Sequence record: MN850633.1
Strand: one strand, 5' to 3'
Length of the DNA stretch: 64,000 bases
DNA from: Escherichia phage allfine
Part shown: positions 10,137 through 27,476 of the stretch, one piece after another
Numbering within the stretch: the stretch's first letter is position 1
Layout: each line of letters begins with the position of its first letter
The notes under the pieces: model-generated
The model's input: only the letters and a program-made list of their open reading frames with translations
Database searches by the model: none
Told to the model about the DNA's origin: nothing
Made by a program: the position numbers and the translations under genes

Positions 10137-11285
10137 TTAAGCTGTTCTCTGCCATACATACAATACGAAGGATGGCTGTTCAACGCTAAATGCTTGACCA
10201 GAACCAGTTGTGCCAGTTGTGCCAGAGTGCGAATGCTCACCTGCTCCGGTTACTGTTACTGTTGCTGAGTGGTTGTGGGAGCCAATTGCAACAGAATGAC
10301 TGTGAGCACCAATACCAACTGTGTGATTATGCGCACCAATTGCTACAGAGTGAGTGTGGTTGTTAGCTGTTGTCAGCGTAGCTCTTGGGTCATAGCTTGC
10401 CCCCTCAACTGATAAACCTCTCCAACCACCATCAGCATAACCACGATTAATGAATGTTGTTTGTGTTAAACCAGCAGCACTGGTTGTTCTGTTACCATAG
10501 TCATAAGTAGATACAGTCTTTGTTCCATAGTCAAACGTTGTAGTCCCTTTAGTACCGTAGTCAAAAGCACTGATAGAGGCCGTTGCACCGTGTGTGTGAC
10601 CACCACCAGTGACGTATACTGAGTGAGTATGTGCAGGAATGTTGTTAACTGTCAGTGCAGTAGTCTGCGAACCAAACGTTGAGCCAACTGGCCTAGAAGC
10701 ACTATCATAACCTACAAGTGCTCTTCCTTTTGAAACTAACTCCCAAGTACCTCCACAAATTAAATATGTAGAAGGGTTTGCAGGATTCATAGAGAGATGG
10801 ATAGTACCTACTGGATAAGAAGCCTGAACAGCCTTGTACAAGTTATTTACTGCTCTTGCTGTAGCATACTTATCTGCATCCTCGTTATAAAGGTTAGATG
10901 TCACCCAGTTCTGAACATTACTTAACCCAACCTGTGCCTTAGTGGTATTGTGTGGGTTGCTCTTATCATCAATATGTTGTTGAATAAGATTATTAACCTC
11001 TTCTGAAGACATAATCTGTAGATTTGCTCTTGCCTCAGCTACATTAACAATGTCTGATAAGTTATTTTCAGCAACTAACTGGAGAGCATTAATAACGTTA
11101 TCTAGACCAATTTGTGTCTTAGTAACACCATGTGGGTTATTTCTTAGGCTTGAGTGTGGAGCAAGTAATTGCTCAAGAGTACATCTCTTATCCTCGATAC
11201 CCTGTTTAAGATGGAAGATATCACTAAGGTCAATTGGTAAGGCTGCTTGAGGCAAGGCACTGATTTGAATTTCACCTACTGCCAT
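10137..11285 (-). CDS. tail fibre protein (second), same HxH tip type
   Basis: 382 aa; C-terminal HTHS / HNHT / HSHS repeats and ending similar to 7751-10090. Confidence 0.65.
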   Translation of the reverse strand: MAVGEIQISALPQAALPIDLSDIFHLKQGIEDKRCTLEQLLAPHSSLRNNPHGVTKTQIGLDNVINALQLVAENNLSDIVNVAEARANLQIMSSEEVNNLIQQHIDDKSNPHNTTKAQVGLSNVQNWVTSNLYNEDADKYATARAVNNLYKAVQASYPVGTIHLSMNPANPSTYLICGGTWELVSKGRALVGYDSASRPVGSTFGSQTTALTVNNIPAHTHSVYVTGGGHTHGATASISAFDYGTKGTTTFDYGTKTVSTYDYGNRTTSAAGLTQTTFINRGYADGGWRGLSVEGASYDPRATLTTANNHTHSVAIGAHNHTVGIGAHSHSVAIGSHNHSATVTVTGAGEHSHSGTTGTTGSGQAFSVEQPSFVLYVWQRTA

Positions 11286-11287
11286 TA

Positions 11288-19303
<8,016 letters not shown>

Positions 19304-19304
<1 letters not shown>

Positions 19305-19543
19305 TACATTTTTCCTGCTCTTCTAAGTTCGTTGTAAGCAATTTCCTCTTTATACGACCTCTGAATCTCAAGAAATTGTCTCAATGATAATAAATCAGAG
19401 AATGTCATAGCAAAGAGTTGGTCAAGTGTTTCTTTACACCCTTCCATACCATAAATAGCAAGCACAAATTTCATCTCGTCTGCTTCTTCATAGGTTGCCT
19501 CTACAGCAGCATCAGTCAGTGGTGTCTGTAGAGTATTACCCAT
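19304..19543 (-). CDS. tail assembly chaperone
   Basis: Small acidic ORF between tube and tape measure. Confidence 0.4.
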
Positions 19544-19545
19544 GT

Positions 19546-19944
19546 TTACTGAGAAGTTAGGCTTTTGAAAATGCTTGCTTCGAAAAAACTTCCGAAGTTT
19601 GCCTCCAGCGCAAATGCTAAGTAATCAATAAACTCACCGTAGTTTGCTTGGAAGTACGTATCAATATTAAGTGGGAAGTCATCAACAGTTGCCCCTTGAA
19701 ATAACAGGGTTGCCATCTCTTCAAGGTTAATTTCTTCAATTCTGTCAAAACAAGCTTCAACAAGCTCTTTAAATGGAACCATTGGAGCTTCTTTCTTATC
19801 TTTATCCGTAAGACTTGATAGCATCTGTGCAAAGGTTGGGACAACAATCTTACCCAACTTCATAGACATCTTAATACCATCTCTTGCCCCAAGCAGAACG
19901 ATATTTACTTTCTTACCATTAATTACTCTAGATTCTGTTTTCAT
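19546..19944 (-). CDS. tail assembly chaperone
   Basis: Position only. Confidence 0.4.
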   Translation of the reverse strand: MKTESRVINGKKVNIVLLGARDGIKMSMKLGKIVVPTFAQMLSSLTDKDKKEAPMVPFKELVEACFDRIEEINLEEMATLLFQGATVDDFPLNIDTYFQANYGEFIDYLAFALEANFGSFFEASIFKSLTSQ

Positions 19945-19967
19945 TGTGATTCCTTAATACTTTAAAA

Positions 19968-19998
19968 GAAACAAAAAAGGGGAAGACCTTTTAAAGTC
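19968..19998 (-). terminator. intrinsic terminator after tail tube gene
   Basis: Hairpin GGGGAAGAC...GTCTCCCC; on minus strand followed by TTTTTTG. Confidence 0.5.
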
Positions 19999-20016
19999 TC
20001 CCCCTTATAGGATTTA

Positions 20017-20463
20017 TTAAACACTTGACGCTGGAATTGTAGAAGTGTAGTCTAACTTCTCACAACCAAAAATCCAAGTTTTAGAGTTCTGGTCACGACC
20101 AAGTTCAATCTGTGGTAACTCCTGCAACCAAGCGTTAATACCAGTTGCCAGAACAGAGCCTGATGGGTCGTAGATTACGAAGTTAGAAGAGATATCTTCT
20201 TCAAGTTCCATATTGTCTTGTTTAGCTTGAATTGCAGAAAGCATCTGGTTAGAGAGAGAAGTCTGCATTAGCTCAATCTCAATAGTACCTGTCTTGTCTG
20301 CATTTCTTGTCAGAGCCACTTGACCACCTGCACCAACAACTGGTGTTACTAGTGGTGATGTTCTCTGTAGACGTAAGAATGAGTCTGGGGCAAAGCCTTC
20401 AATGGCAATACCATTCCAGCTACATACAACGTCTTTAGGGGAATATTGCTGATACATAGCCAT
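20017..20463 (-). CDS. tail tube protein
   Basis: 148 aa directly downstream of sheath gene. Confidence 0.55.
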   Translation of the reverse strand: MAMYQQYSPKDVVCSWNGIAIEGFAPDSFLRLQRTSPLVTPVVGAGGQVALTRNADKTGTIEIELMQTSLSNQMLSAIQAKQDNMELEEDISSNFVIYDPSGSVLATGINAWLQELPQIELGRDQNSKTWIFGCEKLDYTSTIPASSV

Positions 20464-20478
20464 TCCAATTTACCTCTA

Positions 20479-21831
20479 TTATTCGTAAGCCACTGTACCT
20501 TTCAAGTCAACATCCAAGATAGCCCCTGCTAAGACACCTGCGAAGGTAACATCTTTCAGGATACGTGCTTTCTTGTCTGCTAAAGCAACTTGAGAGGCTT
20601 TAGGAACATTAACTGTGTAAGATGACAGGAAGTTTCTGTTGACTGCTCTTTGCAGAGAGGTTTCAATGACTTGACGAATACGGGTAATACCAGTATCATC
20701 ATAAGTAATCTTACCACCCTTCTGGTTAATTAGCAAGTCTCTCAGAGAAGTTTTCAGGTCTGATTCTAACCAGTCAACACCACGGACGATATCAATCCAT
20801 TCCCCACCAGAAGTAATCCCTCTACGAACCACTGGAACACCACCATCAAGGTCAATAAAGTTACAGTGACGTACATCTAAAGCAGATTTCTGAATACTTG
20901 TCAGAGGTCTCTGATTAGATGGTTGTAGAGAAGCTGCTACGCCAGTTAGCTGAGCATTACCCCAAGCAATTGAACCTGCATCATATGGAGCACCATAAGC
21001 AATGTATGCCATCTCTGGATAATCTTCTGCTGCTGCGTGATGCCACAAGCAAACTGTACGAGTGTACATATTCTTAGCAAGCTGTGCTGGAACATCATTT
21101 GCACTGGCTAATTCTGTACCTTGCAGGGCTGTTACATCGGAGTTAGCCGTAAAGAAGATTTTCTTACGAGCCTGAATCTCAGAAGCCATTGCTAAGACAA
21201 ACTGTTGCGTTCTGTCTTCTGCTGCAATGAAATACCAGTCAGTAGAGTAAGCTTCGATAGCTGCCAGAGCAGTTGCTGCTGTATCGGCAGTTGTACTTGC
21301 AATATATACAGTCTGTGCTGTGGTTGTTACTTTCACAAAGTCATTATCACCAGCTTTGGTAATAATCATTGTGGCAGAGCCATTGCTACCAGTTACATTC
21401 ACAGAAACCTTATCTTTGATTGTTGGGTCAGCTTCAATCTGTGTTTTAAACTGTTGCAACACTACCTCAGCAGTGTCTGAATCTTGTGCTGTGTACTGGT
21501 ATGGTTGAGAAATTCCACCGCCAACAGCTACAGTAATTGAGTAGTCTGTACTTTCGGTAACGGCATCAGGAATTGATACAGTGTACTGCATAGCGCGTCT
21601 ACCGATATAAAGCTGAGTTACTTTAGGAGTCTGACTCCAAAGTTGTTTAGCAGCCTTATATGCAGCAGTATTCTCATCGAAATCTTCAGCAACTTCAGTT
21701 AAGGAAGTGTAACCACGTACTCTTTCTTCAAAGTTATCTGTTGAAGCTAAGAATAGTGGCAAACCAAAACCTTCTCTTGTAGTTCCTGCGGTGTTCAATG
21801 TAATATCTACATTAACAATTGGATTCCACAT
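20479..21831 (-). CDS. tail sheath protein
   Basis: 450 aa upstream of tube, myovirus order. Confidence 0.6.
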   Translation of the reverse strand: MWNPIVNVDITLNTAGTTREGFGLPLFLASTDNFEERVRGYTSLTEVAEDFDENTAAYKAAKQLWSQTPKVTQLYIGRRAMQYTVSIPDAVTESTDYSITVAVGGGISQPYQYTAQDSDTAEVVLQQFKTQIEADPTIKDKVSVNVTGSNGSATMIITKAGDNDFVKVTTTAQTVYIASTTADTAATALAAIEAYSTDWYFIAAEDRTQQFVLAMASEIQARKKIFFTANSDVTALQGTELASANDVPAQLAKNMYTRTVCLWHHAAAEDYPEMAYIAYGAPYDAGSIAWGNAQLTGVAASLQPSNQRPLTSIQKSALDVRHCNFIDLDGGVPVVRRGITSGGEWIDIVRGVDWLESDLKTSLRDLLINQKGGKITYDDTGITRIRQVIETSLQRAVNRNFLSSYTVNVPKASQVALADKKARILKDVTFAGVLAGAILDVDLKGTVAYE

Positions 21832-22431
21832 TTATTTTACCCCTTTGGAGTCTACATCTAGATGGATAGTATATTCTGGTGGCTCTTGTCCTTCTTCATA
21901 AACCAACTCACCATCAACAATGACACGCTCAATAATACTTCCACGTTCATCCTTCAGGACTGAGTTTTTTACAAGAGTTACAACAAGAGGTGCAGAATTT
22001 TCGAAATCTGTATTGAGATAAGTATAGTCATTCGGGATAGCTCCAGTGTCTAGTACTGTAGCTCCTGTTTCTTCAAGGATTAAATCTCTGACTGAACTCA
22101 TCTCTAATCGTTGTTTAAGCTCAAGCATAATACTGTGAGCACCTTTACCATTCACCGTAATTAATACTGGAATCTGAAAAGCAATTCTGTAACAAACTAC
22201 ATCATCCTCAACAAACTTATCAAGAACCCAACCATAAGGTGTTGCAGCATCTTGACAGTATACGGTGATAAATGGTTGGTCAGGTTTTAAACCTTTGTCA
22301 TTTGAGTTATCAGAAGGGTAAGCTCTAATTACGTTTGGCCTATTATTTTTATCACGAGCTAGTCTGTGACCAATAACATCCACTAAGGTTCTAACTAGAC
22401 CTTTTTCAAGTTCTGCTGTTTCTAACTGCAT
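21832..22431 (-). CDS. neck/tail completion protein
   Basis: Position only. Confidence 0.35.
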   Translation of the reverse strand: MQLETAELEKGLVRTLVDVIGHRLARDKNNRPNVIRAYPSDNSNDKGLKPDQPFITVYCQDAATPYGWVLDKFVEDDVVCYRIAFQIPVLITVNGKGAHSIMLELKQRLEMSSVRDLILEETGATVLDTGAIPNDYTYLNTDFENSAPLVVTLVKNSVLKDERGSIIERVIVDGELVYEEGQEPPEYTIHLDVDSKGVK

Positions 22432-22807
22432 TCATTTTATCCCTTCTAATAATGATATATTCATAATGGGACGTGTGGGCTAATTGTTGTGACCAATCCA
22501 TAGTCATAAATACTTCATACTCATGACCATCAATCATAACAATATCAGACTCATTCCACTCTACATCATCTGAAGTTCTAAGTTTATATGTGGTATACAG
22601 GATTCTTGTATCGGTAAGCCTAATACCTTCCGGTAAAGCAATCTGTGTACCATTCTTTACAGAACCTTTGATATATGGCTGAATATTACCTTTACAGTTA
22701 ACCTCTACAATATCTTGTGAAGCTACCCAATCACCATCATCATTATAATAACCATCTTCAGAGACTTTACGCTTTACTACAAAGCTGTGCCTGTTTAAGA
22801 GTCTCAT
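22406..22807 (-). CDS. head-tail joining protein
   Basis: Position only. Confidence 0.35.
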   Translation of the reverse strand: MRLLNRHSFVVKRKVSEDGYYNDDGDWVASQDIVEVNCKGNIQPYIKGSVKNGTQIALPEGIRLTDTRILYTTYKLRTSDDVEWNESDIVMIDGHEYEVFMTMDWSQQLAHTSHYEYIIIRRDKMNAVRNSRT

Positions 22808-23286
22808 TTCTTAATACCCTTCTTAGTAGAAATTTTATAAGCAAGGTTATCCCTTAAGTCACCTGTCTCAACAAGAGGTGCGTTAAAGCCTTTTTTCTTG
22901 ACTGTGGAAGGTGCGTTAGGAGGGAGGATAGCAGAGTTACCAAAGCCCCTTTTAATTGCCTTTTGAGCATTCTTTGCAAATGCTTCTAAGGTATTTGAAG
23001 GGTCTGTGTTGAGACTGCTAAGTTGCTTATATAGATTCTTCTTAGTCTGCTCTAACAAGGTCTGTTTGTTTAGCATCATAGTGATTTCAAACAACCTACG
23101 ATATACTTTACCAGAAGCTGAAGGAACCCCAATAACTTCTTGTAAATACATTAAAGCAGGATAAGAAAAACCAGAGCTATGTTGACCTTGTTCTTGAAAA
23201 TACCCAACTTGAGCATTAGCCGTTTGCAAGTTCTTCATAGCCCCGACTAATTTTGCTCTAGCGGGGTGAATAACCCTTTTAACCAT
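22804..23286 (-). CDS. head-tail joining protein
   Basis: Position only. Confidence 0.35.
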   Translation of the reverse strand: MVKRVIHPARAKLVGAMKNLQTANAQVGYFQEQGQHSSGFSYPALMYLQEVIGVPSASGKVYRRLFEITMMLNKQTLLEQTKKNLYKQLSSLNTDPSNTLEAFAKNAQKAIKRGFGNSAILPPNAPSTVKKKGFNAPLVETGDLRDNLAYKISTKKGIKK

Positions 23287-23735
23287 TATTCATCTCGCTC
23301 GATAATAAATACGCCATTAACACGGTTGCAGTAATCTCTGCCTTCGTATCTGGCAGCATCACCATATTCTGTGTATTTCTTGACAGAGCAAGGATTCTGA
23401 CGACGCATGTCAATATCACACTGATTAATACCACCTGCATAGGGTAGTCCTGAAACAGAGCTTTTAACAAGGTCATCATAAACAGCTTTCAGAGATTTGA
23501 ATCTGGAAGAGTTACGTAAATAAACACCACCAACCTTCTCATCTCCCATCTTGGCTACTTGAAAGAGTAAATATTTAAGAGCTTTGATGGCTGCTTTCTT
23601 TTCATCCTTTCCAGATTCTAGATAGAACCACTCTAGCACAGACTGCTCAATAAGAATTTCATCGTTATTGGTGTCTGTGCAGAGGATTCTTACTCTATCA
23701 AGAGGGTTATTGGCTGGGTCGCCTGTATAACACAT
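23286..23735 (-). CDS. head-tail connector/head completion protein
   Basis: Position only. Confidence 0.35.
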   Translation of the reverse strand: MCYTGDPANNPLDRVRILCTDTNNDEILIEQSVLEWFYLESGKDEKKAAIKALKYLLFQVAKMGDEKVGGVYLRNSSRFKSLKAVYDDLVKSSVSGLPYAGGINQCDIDMRRQNPCSVKKYTEYGDAARYEGRDYCNRVNGVFIIERDE

Positions 23736-23756
23736 TCATAACCCTCCTTAAGAATA

Positions 23757-24863
23757 TTAGTCAGCTTTAGCGTCAGCGCGAACATCTACCAGCAACTGAG
23801 GACGGGTGCAGTATGGCAGCATGTAAGAGTGAGCTTCGAAGTCAATACCTTCGTCACGGTCTTTTTCGTATTCGAATACGTACAGTTCCTGACCAAGTGT
23901 ATTTGCATAACCCATCTTAGGACATGGACCATATGCAACTTCGAAGATGTTGTTTGCTTCACCCAGCATAGAAACGTTAGGGAAAGCATGACCAACACCA
24001 ACAGTGTCTGCTACGCTATCAATGCTCACCAGAGTGTGAACCTTACCACGCTTGTCTTTGAACTTACCGTTGTACTGGACAAACTTAACACCACCGTAGT
24101 AGAAAGTGTTCATATGAGCCTGAACGCCGTCAGTACCACCAGTTCTCAGAGAACCAGTAATCTGTTGCCAAGCCAGTGGAGTCTGCTGTGCAAGATAAGC
24201 GTCACGAATCTTAGGGTGTTTAGTCAGCTTGCTGAAGAACACACGGTCAACAACTACGTGAATTTCTTCACCGTTGATTACAGTGCCAGTCTTAGCTTCA
24301 TCTTCCATGTGCATACGCAGTTCTTCGATAGAAGCGTCGATGTCAGCATTAGGGTTGTCAAGGTCGAAGTAGATAGTCTTCTTAGTTACATCGAACTGTT
24401 TGTACAGGTCTGCGTACAGCGTACCACGAGCATCAACAACTTTACCCTTCAGAGCTTGCATAAATAGGAACTCACGAGTAATATCGAACTTGGTACGAAT
24501 CTTCATCAGCTTCTTAGCACGTACTACAGCTTCAGTAGTCAGTTCGTTTGCAGTGCCTGGCTGACGTACACCCTGAATTTCATCAGGAGTGATGCTTTCA
24601 ACTTCTTTGAAGTACATCATTGGGAAGCTGATTTGACGAACACGCTCAGGTGCGCTAGTCTCTGCTTTACGGCTATCACGGTCTACCGCATCAAGCAAGC
24701 TAACATCCCAATCAGTCAAGTCCATAAGGAAAGTAGTTTGGGTGATTGGTGCTGAACGGAACAGACCTAAGTTGGAAATATACCCATAAGTATTTGGGAT
24801 AGACTGGACTTCACCAGTCAGGTCAGCAAGGAAAAATCTGCTTTTTTCAGAATTAGTCAACAT
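23757..24863 (-). CDS. major capsid protein
   Basis: 368 aa downstream of protease and small head protein; higher GC and codon usage of a highly expressed gene. Confidence 0.6.
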   Translation of the reverse strand: MLTNSEKSRFFLADLTGEVQSIPNTYGYISNLGLFRSAPITQTTFLMDLTDWDVSLLDAVDRDSRKAETSAPERVRQISFPMMYFKEVESITPDEIQGVRQPGTANELTTEAVVRAKKLMKIRTKFDITREFLFMQALKGKVVDARGTLYADLYKQFDVTKKTIYFDLDNPNADIDASIEELRMHMEDEAKTGTVINGEEIHVVVDRVFFSKLTKHPKIRDAYLAQQTPLAWQQITGSLRTGGTDGVQAHMNTFYYGGVKFVQYNGKFKDKRGKVHTLVSIDSVADTVGVGHAFPNVSMLGEANNIFEVAYGPCPKMGYANTLGQELYVFEYEKDRDEGIDFEAHSYMLPYCTRPQLLVDVRADAKAD

Positions 24864-24896
24864 TGTAAAATTCTCCAGAATGTCTTATTATTGTTA

Positions 24897-25274
24897 TTAC
24901 AGGCCAGTTGGTACGAAATCAATACCTTTAGCAGCCAGAGCTTTCTTGACTTCATCAGCATTAACGCTTGATTCAAGAGTTAGCATGTCTTTCAGTTCTG
25001 CGTCACGGTAAATACCAACAACTTTCAACTGACCGTGGTAAGACAGTTGCAGGTCTGCATAAAAGTTAACGATACATACAGAATCAGCCTGAGCTTCTTC
25101 CCCTGCTGCAACTTTAGTACCATCTGCTTTCAGAACTTCACCTACACGATATTCTGTGGATGCCTGTGGAGTGTACTCTTTACGAGAGTGGCCTGTTGGG
25201 GTAACCTGTTCCCAAAGAATGATATCATTCAGAGGTTCTCTTTTACCTAACTTAGTAAAACCTTGATATGCCAT
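24897..25274 (-). CDS. head protein (decoration or minor)
   Basis: Position between protease and major capsid. Confidence 0.35.
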   Translation of the reverse strand: MAYQGFTKLGKREPLNDIILWEQVTPTGHSRKEYTPQASTEYRVGEVLKADGTKVAAGEEAQADSVCIVNFYADLQLSYHGQLKVVGIYRDAELKDMLTLESSVNADEVKKALAAKGIDFVPTGL

Positions 25275-25285
25275 TATTGTGTTCC

Positions 25286-26632
25286 TTATTTGATAAGAGA
25301 TTTTAGAGCATTCTGGAGAGCCAGTTTGCGTTGTTCAGCGGTGTCTTCGGAAGCATTCTTAGCTGGTTCTTTTTCTTCTTCAACCAAATCAGCTTCGCCG
25401 TCATTACCCACTTCTTCCATAGCGTTGGAGTGTTCAAGAACAGCACCAGCAGTTTCTTTCAGCTTGGTAATTTCTGATTCTTTTTCTTCCATTGCAGAAG
25501 CGTGGGATGCGATAGTTTCATTAAGTTTCTGGTTAGCACCTTCCATAGCATTCATAAACAGAACACTCAGAGGGTTATCAAGACCAGCACCTAAAATAGT
25601 CGTTGCAGCTTCTTTTGCATCAAATCCAAAAGCTTCAGCAGAAGCAGAAATCTTATTAGTCAAATCTGACAAAGCAGCTTCCTGTTCTTTAGCTTTCATT
25701 TGAGCAACCTGAAGACGCAAAGCTTCTAGTTCTTGCTTTTCTTGTTCAGTCATTTCTTCACCTGAATTGTTAACGTTTAAACTTACAGGAGCCTCTTCAG
25801 AACCTTGTAAGTAATTTAAGAAATCATCTTGAGACATGATTGAGTTAATTAAACCAAGTTCAAGAGCTTCCTGAGCAGAATAAACATTCGCCTCAGTATT
25901 CTTTACAGCTTCTTCAGAGAGATTACGAGATTCGGCTACAAAACCTGTAAAGGTTGCGTAGGTATCATTAATTCTCTTTTGAAGTCTTTCTTTGCTTTCT
26001 TCTGAAAGTGCTTGGAATGGTGAACCCATACCTTTAAACTCACCAGCTTTAATGACGTTAATTGTTACGCCATTCTTTTCAAATGCCTTAGTTAATTCCT
26101 GATGAACCATGATTACACCAATAGAACCAACATCTGCATCTGGTGATGCAATAATTTCTTCAGCAGAAGATGCAAGAGCGTATGCAGCGGAACAAGCGAA
26201 CTCATCTACATAAGCAATAATTTTCTTTTGGCCTCTTGAAGCCATAATGTGACGTGCTAATTCAAAGCAACCTGAAGCTTCACCACCACCAGAATCAATG
26301 TGCAGAACAATAGTCTTAATTGACTCATCTGCTAAAGCTTCGTCAAAGCCTCTACGCAAACCTTCATAAGAGCTTAAACCACCTGTACACATTGCATCAA
26401 TGAATGTCATACGATGGGTTAAACCACCCATAATAGGGATAATAGCAATGTCATCTTTCACTTTTAAAAGACTTCTTGCTTCACCTTTGGGTTTATCAAA
26501 GTTTACTGCTGCTTGGACATCACCCAGCAATCTGTTATTCACATAAGTTGCTGCTGAGTGAGCTAATGATTCAGTGGCTAGTAAAGGTTGGTTGAACAAT
26601 CTATCAGCAAGTCTGAAGATATTCGAACTCAT
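25286..26632 (-). CDS. prohead protease, S49/ClpP-fold, with C-terminal coiled-coil (scaffold-like) region
   Basis: SppA-like segment HIDSGGGEASG ... EFACSAAYALAS; acidic coiled-coil C-terminus. Confidence 0.7.
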   Translation of the reverse strand: MSSNIFRLADRLFNQPLLATESLAHSAATYVNNRLLGDVQAAVNFDKPKGEARSLLKVKDDIAIIPIMGGLTHRMTFIDAMCTGGLSSYEGLRRGFDEALADESIKTIVLHIDSGGGEASGCFELARHIMASRGQKKIIAYVDEFACSAAYALASSAEEIIASPDADVGSIGVIMVHQELTKAFEKNGVTINVIKAGEFKGMGSPFQALSEESKERLQKRINDTYATFTGFVAESRNLSEEAVKNTEANVYSAQEALELGLINSIMSQDDFLNYLQGSEEAPVSLNVNNSGEEMTEQEKQELEALRLQVAQMKAKEQEAALSDLTNKISASAEAFGFDAKEAATTILGAGLDNPLSVLFMNAMEGANQKLNETIASHASAMEEKESEITKLKETAGAVLEHSNAMEEVGNDGEADLVEEEKEPAKNASEDTAEQRKLALQNALKSLIK

Positions 26633-26643
26633 TTTTACTCACC

Positions 26644-26976
26644 CTATTTGTTTAAATCTACAGAGACTGAAGAGATAACATAGATACCTTCTTCAGCGAA
26701 GAATTGAGGTTTGCTAAGAGCACCAGTTGCCACGCATTTATCGTTAGCATCCCACAAGCTATAGTGTGAGACCGTTGCAGAAGCTGGAACAGTAATATTA
26801 ACTGTGTCTTCTGAGGCAATTAAGCCATTATCCGGTTCAGAAAAATAAATAGCCACTGGCTGAGTAACCTTATTTGCTGTAGGGTCTGCCGTTGGGTCTA
26901 CATTGTGTAAAATAATAGTCGTTGGGGTTAGCGTGGCGAGGATTTTATTCTTACCATCAATAGTTAATGTTCCCAT
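26644..26976 (-). CDS. hypothetical virion protein
   Basis: ORF in track. Confidence 0.35.
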   Translation of the reverse strand: MGTLTIDGKNKILATLTPTTIILHNVDPTADPTANKVTQPVAIYFSEPDNGLIASEDTVNITVPASATVSHYSLWDANDKCVATGALSKPQFFAEEGIYVISSVSVDLNK

Positions 26977-27476
26977 TAATTAAACCTTACTTTTTGTTTA
27001 AGGACTGTTGAATGGTTACCAGATTCATCTACCACATTTACAATCATATCATATACTTTGCCTTTGACAAGTACTTTGTAATCATTTTGTGAAAAAATGT
27101 ATTCAAGTCTGTTTGTTTCTTTATTAACCGTCATTGGAGATTGAAATGCAGTGTCGAGGGTAATGAAAGCGGCTTCAATGCTATTAACATTGATACGTTT
27201 ATTCTCGCAGTTATATAACTTTACACCCAAAAGGCATGAACTGTCAAATGGAATTTTAACAATTTCACTACAATTTCCTGAAATAAACGGTTTTCCACTC
27301 ATTGGTGCATCAAGTAACCTGCAAATAGTGAAAACGTCAGAGGTTCCACCATCACTTACATAACCTGAAAGGCTGACCCTTGAGCCAGCCTCTACAGATA
27401 ACTTGTCAGTAATGATAAGAACACCTCTATACGAATGCACTCGTGTAGCATTTGAAATAGAGATAACTTCAGCCAT
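26976..27476 (-). CDS. hypothetical virion protein
   Basis: ORF in track. Confidence 0.35.
   Translation of the reverse strand: MAEVISISNATRVHSYRGVLIITDKLSVEAGSRVSLSGYVSDGGTSDVFTICRLLDAPMSGKPFISGNCSEIVKIPFDSSCLLGVKLYNCENKRINVNSIEAAFITLDTAFQSPMTVNKETNRLEYIFSQNDYKVLVKGKVYDMIVNVVDESGNHSTVLKQKVRFN

Noticed and set aside
23829-24467. Long antisense ORF (212 aa) inside the major capsid gene
   Set aside because: Entirely within a well-supported structural gene on the other strand; similar antisense ORFs at 11843-12370, 25263-25703 and 61336-61863 rejected for the same reason
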